The notes under the pieces are model-generated. The model saw nothing but the letters and a program-made list of their open reading frames with translations, ran no database searches and had not been told where the DNA came from. Positions 55,169-64,000 of a stretch of DNA of 64,000 nucleotides are shown piece after piece (position 1 is the stretch's first letter; each line of letters begins with the position of its first letter). This DNA comes from Cirrosporium novae-zelandiae. Taxonomy: Eukaryota. The stretch is taken from positions 1,364,001 through 1,428,000 of the forward strand of contig JAPETS010000003.1 of assembly GCA_026023565.1 (NCBI GenBank). The letters run 5' to 3'. The position numbers and the translations under genes are program-made.

Positions 55169-55455
55169 TTGTTCTGGCTGGTCTTGAGTCTATTTTGCTT
55201 ACGAAAACTTTTATCAGCAAAGATTGATTTTCCTTAATTGAACTGGACTGAAAAGGTACTTTCTAATCATTAAGTAAACACCAATAATCACAGACCTATA
55301 TAGAATTATCACTCTTGTCAAAGAATTGTCATCCTCCTATAAGCAAACTTATCCTTCCTCAATTGCTAACTAATCTTTCTTTCATCGTGGATTGGTCCAA
55401 AAGAATATTCCAGATCTTTTAATTCCTACTATATAAAGCAGGTTTGCGATCTTTC

Positions 55456-56592
55456 ATGAAGACTGTATCATTATTTTTTCCCATCAGCTCCATCCTCGCA
55501 GTCTTCATTGCAGTTTTCGCATACTTCAACAGCAACAGCGCATCTTTTCTGTCACAACAGATTCCTCTAGCCCTTGAATTGGCAGCTCAGAAGATACATA
55601 AAACCCTCCATCAAACAGCAGAAACGACAACCTCCAATAATCTTTTCCCAGACATATCTCTCCACACAACCTCCGAAATGTCCATTCCTCGCACTATTCG
55701 CAAGGCTTTTCTTGCCATTGAGCAATCCGAAGGTGCTGGCGCCCGCGTTCGCCGCTCGATTGGCACCGCCTCCCTGCGCAATCTCTCTCCTTTCCTTATG
55801 CTCGACCACTTCACGATTTCTCCTGGCGCTGGTTTCCCTGACCATCCCCATCGCGGCCAAGAAACAATCACATATCTCCTCAAGGGTGCCGTAGACCATG
55901 AAGATTTCGCTGGGAACAAAGGTACTATTGAGACGGGGGATTTACAATTCATGACCGCTGGAAAAGGAATAATGCACGCAGAAATGCCACGGCAGAATCC
56001 AGATGGAAGTCCCAACGTTGGATTGCAACTATGGGTTGATTTGCCTGAGAAGCTCAAAAGCTGCGAACCGCGATACCGTGACCTACGCGCGAAAGAAATC
56101 CCATCAGTAACTCTCGATGAGGACCGCGTCACCGTTAAAGTAATTTCAGGACAAAGCCATGGCGTTGATAGTGTTCAAGAATTAGCCTACACACCGGTCT
56201 GGCTTCTTGACATTACGATCAAACCTGGTGGGTCAATCACACAGGAACTCCCTAAAAACTGGACCGCTTTCGCATATACCCTTTCTGGGTCTGTTAACTT
56301 TGGCACTGGAACGGGAGCTAAAGCCGTGGGACCTTTTACCAACGTTGTGTTCAATACCGAAGGGGACGTCGTGAATGCCAGTGTTCCCAAGTCATCTGAG
56401 AAGGATGGAGAAGCCAGATTTGTCCTCGTGGCTGGAACTCCACTAGATCAGAAGGTGGTGCAGTATGGACCATTTGTGGTGAATACTCAGGAGCAGGTAT
56501 ATCAAGCTATGATGGATTATCAGACCCATTCCAACGGATTCGAGAGGGCCAAAGGGTGGAGAAGTGAGATTGGGAAGACTATGGCGCATTGA
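55456..56592 (+). CDS. Pirin (bicupin, Fe-binding) with hydrophobic N-terminal extension
   Basis: SPFLMLDHF, GFPDHPHRGQETITY, QFMTAGKGIMHAEMP, GLQLWVDLP, QYGPFV. A second in-frame ATG at 55678 starts the canonical domain. Confidence 0.94.
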   Translation: MKTVSLFFPISSILAVFIAVFAYFNSNSASFLSQQIPLALELAAQKIHKTLHQTAETTTSNNLFPDISLHTTSEMSIPRTIRKAFLAIEQSEGAGARVRRSIGTASLRNLSPFLMLDHFTISPGAGFPDHPHRGQETITYLLKGAVDHEDFAGNKGTIETGDLQFMTAGKGIMHAEMPRQNPDGSPNVGLQLWVDLPEKLKSCEPRYRDLRAKEIPSVTLDEDRVTVKVISGQSHGVDSVQELAYTPVWLLDITIKPGGSITQELPKNWTAFAYTLSGSVNFGTGTGAKAVGPFTNVVFNTEGDVVNASVPKSSEKDGEARFVLVAGTPLDQKVVQYGPFVVNTQEQVYQAMMDYQTHSNGFERAKGWRSEIGKTMAH

Positions 56593-57310
56593 TAAAGGGT
56601 GACATGGATGATTTTTTCTGATATGGGAATTTAGTTTATATAGCACAGGATTTGGAAGGGATTGTTATATCGCGAGGTTGATCGAGGGGAACACTACTAA
56701 ATGTGTTTCTTTAAAACATATATACCCATTTATATGTATATTAATGAAATGATACGGCAATTGATATTATGGTTACTTGAAGTTTTGTTCTGTAGTCGAT
56801 TTTTAGCTATGGGAGATCTCCTCAACTTGGTGGGAGTAGCATTTCGAGAATTGGGATTGGTATTTGCCGGCACAGAAAGGTCTGTGTCGGCGTCCATAAC
56901 ATCAGAAAAAGTGGAAAATAAGTCTTTATGGGATTAATCTGGGATTCTGGGAAGCTTTTGCGGATATCTCCGGCCAAGCTTTAACTCGGTGCCTGAGATC
57001 GCCTGAAATCACCGTCGGCACAATTTTGGTTGGCCCCGTCTTATCGTAGCCCACGATAGGGAATTATTATTATCATCCTCATCATCCTTCACCCTGTACT
57101 CGAGTACAGTACTATCTACTATCCACTAATTATCTACGATTGCCTAAGGCTGAGATAACATTCCGTTTCTTGTGATACTCATCAGTTCACCCCCCACCAA
57201 TCCATATCCTAGGAATATGGCCGAAACCCCTTTGGGCACCATGCCTTATTATATGCCATTGCAGCCATTCCAATCGAATGGCAGGAAGAAATACAACTAA
57301 ATATACAGTC

Positions 57311-59552
57311 ATGGATCAACTTTTAATGCTTCCCTCTTGGGACCCTGAATTATTGCTGGCGATTGTTTTGGCCATAATAACAGCTTTCCTCTATTACCCT
57401 TCGAAGCAGGTCTCTTCTTTTTATGCTGGAAATGCCAAAACTGTTGCTCAATCTTCATCAACGGCTGCTGGAGGAAGTAGGGACATTGCCGCTGCATTGA
57501 AAAAGTCTGGCAAGAAGATTGTTTTCTTCTATGGATCTCAGACTGGAACAGCTGAGCAGTATGCCAATCGGCTAGCCAAGGATGTAAAGGCACACTATGG
57601 GCTCTCGTCCTTAGTTTGTGATCCCCAAGAGTATGCTCTAGCTATCATATTATTATCATTCTCGGGCTTCCTAACCATGTAGCAGGTACGATTTCAACGT
57701 TCTCGACCGAATACCTTCCGATGCCTTGGTCGTATTCATTGTAGCAACTTATGGCGAAGGTGACCCTACAGATAATGCAATTGGCCTTTTAGATTTTCTT
57801 AAAGCGGACACTCTTGACCTCTCTAACGGGGGAAACTCCTTGTCGAACTTACACTACGCCGTATTTGGGCTTGGAAATAGGACATATGAGCACTTCTGTG
57901 CCGTTGGGCGTTGTATAGATGAACGACTTGCACATTTTGGTGCTACAAGAGTTGGAACGAGAGGCGAGGGGGATGATGACAATGTATTGGAAGAAGACTA
58001 TCTTGCATGGAAGGATTCAATGTGGAATGCCGTTGAGAAGACTTTTGGATGGCAGGATGGAGCAGGGACAGTAGTCCCTGATTTTTATGTCCTGGAACTG
58101 CAGAAGAAAAGCGACACCAAGGACGTGTATCTCGGAGAACTTTGCCAACGAGCTTTGACTGGGGTTCGAGGTGTTCATGATGCACGAAATCCATACATTT
58201 CTCCCATTTTCAAGACAAAGGAACTATTCCAAGATGGAGACCGAAACTGTATTTTCGCCGAGTTCGATATCTCTAGCTCCGGGTTGAAATACCAAACTGG
58301 AGATCATGTTGGGATCTGGCCTATGAACCCTGAGCGCGAAGTAGAGTGCCTCTTGCGAATCCTTGGGCTTGAGCCAAAACGCAATGCAGCTATTGATGTT
58401 CAGTCTCTCGATCTGACCCTTGCAAAAGTCCCGTTCCCTGTTCCTACAACATACGAGTGCGCTCTCCGGTACTATCTTGACATTTCGCAGCAAGCTTCCC
58501 GCCAGATAATCCACTCCCTCGCCAAGTATGCACCAACCTCACAAGCCCGTTCAGCGGTCGAAAAGTTTGGCACTGACAAGGAATACTACCTTTCCGCTGT
58601 TGCACAGAATGGGCTCACCCTCTCCCAGGTCCTCATTACTGCAGCCGGGGACCCCCTGAACGCAGATCCAACGCTGCATACTACTAAATACACGGAGTGG
58701 CCTATTCCTTTTGCATACATTATCTCTAGTATCCCCCGTCTTCAACCGCGCTACTACTCTATCTCATCTTCACCACGTCTGTTCCCTAATTCCATCCATA
58801 TTACCGCCATTGTGGTAAAACAGAAGCTTCATCGCACGGCTTCTAATCATTTCTACGGCCTCGCGACAAATTACTTACTAAATCTCAAAAATGCTTCTCT
58901 AGCTAAGGACATTACATCGAACGAAAAGACGCCCAAAGATGAAAGCGCCCCTGTACACAAACTCGAAGGTCCAAGGGGAAAATATAAGTCCTCTATGATA
59001 TATTCAGTCCCAGTTCACACCAGAGTATCAACCTTCCGGTTACCAACTAGTGTCAAAATTCCTATCGTCATGATCGGCCCTGGCACCGGTGTTGCACCCT
59101 TCCGAGCATTCGTTCAAGATCGTGTTGCGCTCGCTCGTAGGGCAAAGGCAAGACATGGGCCTGCTGCCCTCGCGGATTGGGGAGACATGCATCTCTTTTA
59201 CAGCTGTAGACGTGCGGACCATGACTTTCTGTACAAAGACGAATGGTCTTTATATGCCGCAGAATTGGATGGAAAATTGAAGCTCCATGTTGGATTCTCA
59301 CGAGAAGCTGGGCAGAAGAAAATCTACGTTCAAAATCTACTAGAGCAAGAGAGAGAAGATGTAGCAGAAGTGCTTGGGAAGAAAAAGAGGGGATACGTCT
59401 ACATTTGTGGAGATGCGAAAGGGATGGCTAAGGACGTTGAAAGTACACTGGGAAAAATTCTTGCCGGGGCAAAGGGAAAAGAAGGAGATAATGGAGTTGG
59501 TGAGGTGAAGGGGTTAAAAGACCAGAAGAGGATGATTCTAGATGTTTGGTAA
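57311..59552 (+). CDS. cpr: NADPH-cytochrome P450 reductase
   Basis: N-terminal anchor, FMN motifs YGSQTGTAE, ATYGEGDPTDNA and FGLGNRTY, FAD motif RYYSISSS, NADPH motifs MIGPGTGVAPFR and YICGDA, ends LDVW*. Intron 57631-57685. Alternative ATG at 57278. Confidence 0.96.
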
Positions 59553-59797
59553 ATATCTGAATCCTAGGTAGAGAGATAGTGAGATGCAGTCACACGTAAA
59601 ATACACGCTAAGGCTCAATTAGTTAAGACGAGAGTGAAAATAAGGATAATTGTTAATTGGGAGTTAGTCACCTAGCCATCACATATCCGCCCAGTGTTTG
59701 GCCTTGGAGACAAAACCATCGTGACTTGCTTCCACGTTCATTGAAGACCAGAAACCAACAACCAGTCCACTTCTTTAACATCATCATTATCGTGGCC

Positions 59798-61085
59798 ATG
59801 GCCAGACTTCCTGCAGATATTCTCAAGTCGGAGAGAGCCTCTCTCATTGCCTTGAGCTCTACATGCACTTTTTATCGCGCCGTTGTTGCACCTCTAGTGT
59901 TTACGTCTCTAGTATTAGAGAACACCAAACGCAGCGCAGATTCACTACTATCTATAATAGCCCAAGGAAAATATGCTGGAGTTGTACAAAAGCTGGCATT
60001 CAAAGGCTATATCGTAGGTAACAACAGTAAGTGACATGATAGTTCCTGAATCTCATCATTACCTTTGAAGCCCAATTCTGAACAAGATCACAGATAACAA
60101 GGATGATGGTTGTGTAATTTCCGAGGCCCTCAGCGAGGAACTTTTCCCATCGGAAGTGGACCGTCTCCTTTCTAACCTCTCTGTATTCCCTTGCTTAAGC
60201 TAGCTCTCTATTCAAATCTACTCAAGTGATCACTACCAGCCTATGCGTGTTTATGCTGGAGATGTTAAGAAAGCCATCAAGCAAGAAAAGAAGATACTTT
60301 GGCTCCACCTCGCCACAAAGGCTCTAGCTGCCATCTGTCGCGGCGGTGACAAGAACTGCTGGTTCAAAAACCTCCAGCTGCTGGGAATGACCCCCAGGAT
60401 AATTTCTCCTTTCCTTGAGGAAAACTTTCATCGCATGCTCCGCTCGCTTACCGCCTTCACCTTGAAATTGAGTGATAGAGAAGACGGCACATTCAGAGAG
60501 AGAAATTACGCTGCAGACCATTTCGCCTACCGCATGTCGAAATACTTTTTCGACCATTTGGAGAACTTAACTAACTTCAAGCTGTCTGCATCAGCAGATC
60601 CAATCTGCTATGTCCAATATTACTATGGCCTCAGACCCCAACATATGCCGCACCTCCGAAACATTAAATTAACCTACATACTCCTCTGTTCAAACCTAGC
60701 CAGATTCCTAGGAGCACATTCGCAGACCCTAGAAACCATATCCCTACTCAACTGCTTCTGTAGGGTGGCCCCATCTATATTTGACCTAGCCTGGGATACC
60801 CTGTTTAAAACCGTGCGCAACAGCAATCCCCAGAACTTGCGCAAGCTTGAGGTTGTAAACCCATCCAACAGGCAGCTAGAGCAACTGTTATCTAAGGTGT
60901 GCTCGAAGCACGGCCTGCCGCATTCCATGCACTTCAACTACAAATACCCCGGTCATGTTGACAGAGACATCGATGACCACCCGCGGATCGAAGAGAGTTT
61001 TGTGGTTAGGGATGATCACCATGAGTATGAAGCATTGATGGACTTTATCGAAGCGAACCGTGCCAGAGCGGATGCCCGTAAGTAG
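59798..61085 (+). pseudogene. F-box/LRR-like gene with one in-frame TAG
   Basis: F-box-like LIALSSTCTFYRAVVAPLVFTSLVL. Phase-compatible intron 60027-60093. FPSEVDRLLSNLSVFPCLS*LSIQI with TAG at 60201-60203, then open to 61085 with LRR-like LxxLxL segments. The start codon is uncertain. Confidence 0.65.
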
Positions 61086-61619
61086 CCAGCCAAAGAGACG
61101 TGTGTACCACCTCACCCACTTCCTAAGCATTGTGTACCTAAAAACGCCCCCCCTCTCTCTATTTTACGTACTTACAAAACTTACAATATCATCACGAAGG
61201 GAAAAGATTAGAGGATTTTACCCCCTCCCCGAACAGGCTTTATTCTCTAGATATTCTATAGACAAATAAATCGAAGCATTTCCTTCTTCTTCCCCAGTCC
61301 CCCCAGGGCGAAACCCCATATAAAAACTTGAAAACATTATTAATCCCTCCCCCTCCCTTCCCTTCCTTTATATACTTCTAGTAACATCAAATATCTACTC
61401 CACGGTTTTGATTTTCATGTGCTAAACAATTTCTTATTCTTTTTTGTTTTGTTTGTTTTTTAATTTCTCACCCTCTCCTCCCCCTCGAAAGGGTTTTTTT
61501 TCTTTTTTTTAGTTGCGATTCAGCAGTAAAAGAGATAAATATATCTACCCAATTACGACCATAAAAAAATTGATTTTTCAAATGAAACATCTTCCCCCAA
61601 GCCTAACATTAAATTAACT

Positions 61620-63363
61620 TCAATTTACAGAACCCTCATTCACCCCATCATTTACAGGAGGCTTGATCCCATTTGTTTTTATTATGTGGTTCGCCTTCTT
61701 CTTCAAATCAGTCATGACCGGCAACCCCGCCGCCGCCAAATCCGCATTGATTTCATCTAAATGATCTAGGAAATGTGGCTGCACGTCGTCCCACTGTCCG
61801 GGGGGGTTCGGATGCAGGTTCCCGCTGCGGGTGAGAGCGTACTGGGTGATGAGGAACGGGACGCTGATATGAAACATGAAGGCGATGGTACCTTCGCAGA
61901 CGCGCTCGGGCTTCAGCTCGCGCGTGGTGGCGAGCTTCCAGGTCTGGTAGGTCTCGCCGTGGGGCATGAAGCTGGCTTCGTAGCTGAGCCCTCCGGGCTC
62001 CAGCACGTGGGAGCTGCCGCCGTACTTACCATAGATGAGGCCCATGACCTCGGTAGACATGTTGCGGTGGTAATAGGGGGGCCGGAAGGAGTTGGAGGTG
62101 GCGTTCCATTTCGGGGTGAAGATCAGGAAGTCGGAGATGGAGACGCCGGGGGTTTTGGATTTGGCAGTTAGCACGCAGTAGACTGTGGGGTCGCTCTGGT
62201 CTTTTTCGACGGTGGCCGTGTTGATGAATTTTTCCATGGCGTATTTGTAGGGCGCGTAGTTGCCGTGCCAGGCGACGACGTCGAAGGGCGTGTGGTTTTG
62301 GTGGCAGGTGTGCAGCGTGCCGGCTAGTTTGTAGGTGATTTGCCAGGGGCTGGGGCTGGCGGGGTCGATGTCGAAACTTGCGAGGGGGATTTCGAAGTCC
62401 CGTGGGAGCGCCATGCCGTTGGAGCCGATGGGGCCTAGTTCCGGTAGCTCGTAGTGCGAGCCGTAGATTTCTTGGATGTAGCCTCGGACGGGGGCGTTGT
62501 CTGGCAGGGTGACCTTCCACCGCATGCCGGCTTGGAGGATGGCGAGCTCGCCAGGCCGCACCCGCATCCGTCCGAATTCTGTTTGGATGTCTAGTCGGCC
62601 TTCCTGAGGAAGGATAAGCATGTCGCCGTCGTTGCTGCAGAAGGCCTTGTTTCCCATGGATGCGTTCGCCGCATATATGTGTACGGCTAGGCCTTCTTTC
62701 CCCGTTGGGTCGCCTTGGCCACCTACGGTTTTGAGGCCTTGGACGAAGTCGACGGATTCCGAGTCCGGGGGCATTGGGAAGGGGTCCCATGCAAGCTGTG
62801 CGGGAATGTATTCGACATTTTGGTTCATGGGGGAGAAGCAGGATTCCAGCTTGGGATTCTGTTAGATGGGTTCTATCTTCGGGTTTCTGTTTGCTGGCGA
62901 GGACTTACGTCCGGGTTGGGAGTAGCTTTTGTGATTTCATGGTGTGCTACCGAGGGTCGAATTCGGTAGAACCAGCTAGGGAGAGATGGTCAGCATTTTG
63001 GTAGGGACAACAGTAATTGTGAACTTACGCATGCTGTAAGGTTGCACGGCTAGAGACGAAGGAAGATCCGTTCAACTTTTTGATGGGCGCATTAGCGATA
63101 TATCTCCCACAACATAGAAAATTGATTAGTAGGCCCACCTGTTCTGAATATAAGTCATATTTACATTTTTGTGGTGTATTTTGAGCTCTAGGAAGGATTC
63201 CAGGACTGTTCAATAAAAGTAAGCATTCATTTTTCTTTTCTCTCTGGCTATGAACTTACATGGCTTCCGATGCGAATCGATTCCCAAAACCGACTTGATA
63301 GCTATATGGATCTTCTGGAGTTGGAGTTGTGGCAAAAGCACACTTAGCAGTATACCCAAGCAT
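61620..63363 (-). CDS. Homogentisate 1,2-dioxygenase-like protein (divergent HmgA paralog)
   Basis: DPYSYQVGFGNRFASEAI|PGILPRAQNTPQKC...|WFYRIRPSVAH, LPELGPIGSNGMA, FDVVAWHGNYAPYKY, Fe ligands in RPPYYHRNMSTE and MPHG. Four introns. Confidence 0.92.
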
Positions 63364-63690
63364 GGTGGTGACCAATTGACGGGATTTATAGAAATTATTC
63401 ACTTGAAGCGGTTGGAAAAAGATGCTTCCAAGTTGACATTTGAAAAAATATTATAATTACAGTACATAGTTCAATGCTACTCCGATAGGGCAAATAATAG
63501 GCATCGTATTAATCGTCGCCATCTCTGGATTCCAGATTCCAAGAACCTGTCTCTGTGGATATCATCATCGTCCTCCTTGGTGGGGGGGGGGGGTTTCTAC
63601 CGGCAATTGCCTCCCCACTTTGCCTCCCCACTTTGCCTTGAGCATTGGTTCCCTCCGAAACCTCCGAAACCTCCGACAATAGCCGACGTT

Positions 63691-63702
63691 TTATCTGATA
63701 AG
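63691..63702. promoter_or_regulatory. Double GATA site matching the SreA-type consensus ATCWGATAA
   Basis: TTATCTGATAAG about 330 bp upstream of the HGD ATG, plus CTTATCA at 63740-63746. Confidence 0.45.
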
Positions 63703-64000
63703 AGCTCCAGACACGCCAGGCAATCCCGATAGCCATCAGCTTATCACTCAAACCAATAACTGGACATATGAACCTGGAAAGATGATATGTTGTTATCATT
63801 AATATGTACTATGAGAAGAGTGATTGAACTTCCCTTGCTGAATGTGTGTTGTATCTGAGTATCTGTGAGTATCTGTGGCAAGAGTTTAGTCGGAAAATTA
63901 TTCCTCCATCTCCACTCCCATAATGATGTCTCTGCTTGACTCTGCTGTACTCACGTTCTCTGCATTGATATTATGGAAATGCATCTCATATTTTTTCATC

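Noticed and set aside
25440..61085. TAG codon reassignment
   Set aside because: ATP1, RPB7 and AlkB end at TAG at their expected C-termini.
62026..62790. 254-aa Arg/Pro-rich overlapping ORF in HGD
   Set aside because: Alternative-frame shadow caused by high GC3. The same applies to antisense ORFs over ATP1, GLY1 and pirin.
27086..63363. Five non-heme iron oxygenase-type genes (Mpo1, AlkB, Tpa1, pirin, HGD) as one cluster
   Set aside because: They belong to unrelated pathways and are interspersed with housekeeping genes, so this is likely coincidence.

Overview
Gene-dense nuclear DNA from a filamentous ascomycete (Pezizomycotina-like): short GT-AG introns with CTRAC branch points and the standard genetic code. 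About 21 protein-coding genes can be reconstructed by manual splicing. They include a Zn2Cys6 transcription factor, ATP1, glucosylceramide synthase, a membrane-anchored pepsin-fold protein lacking both catalytic Asp motifs, the CAF-1 large subunit, Mpo1, RPB7, an NTF2-like protein, an AlkB dioxygenase, an alpha/beta hydrolase, TPA1, a Rad53/Chk2 kinase, GLY1, a Mis18/Yippee-like protein with an AT-hook, pirin, a cytochrome P450 reductase and a homogentisate dioxygenase paralog. I found no tRNA, rRNA, intact transposon or CRISPR array. Two observations stand out. (1) The P450 reductase at 57.3-59.6 kb reads as basidiomycete-type, a possible horizontal transfer, and sits in a pirin-CPR-HGD neighbourhood that could be an aromatic-catabolism module. 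(2) Three loci (25.4-26.2, 34.4-34.7, 59.8-61.1 kb) keep their reading frame but carry in-frame TAG/TGA codons, fitting either C-to-T pseudogenisation or A-to-I stop-codon editing. All homology calls come from recalled motifs, not database searches.
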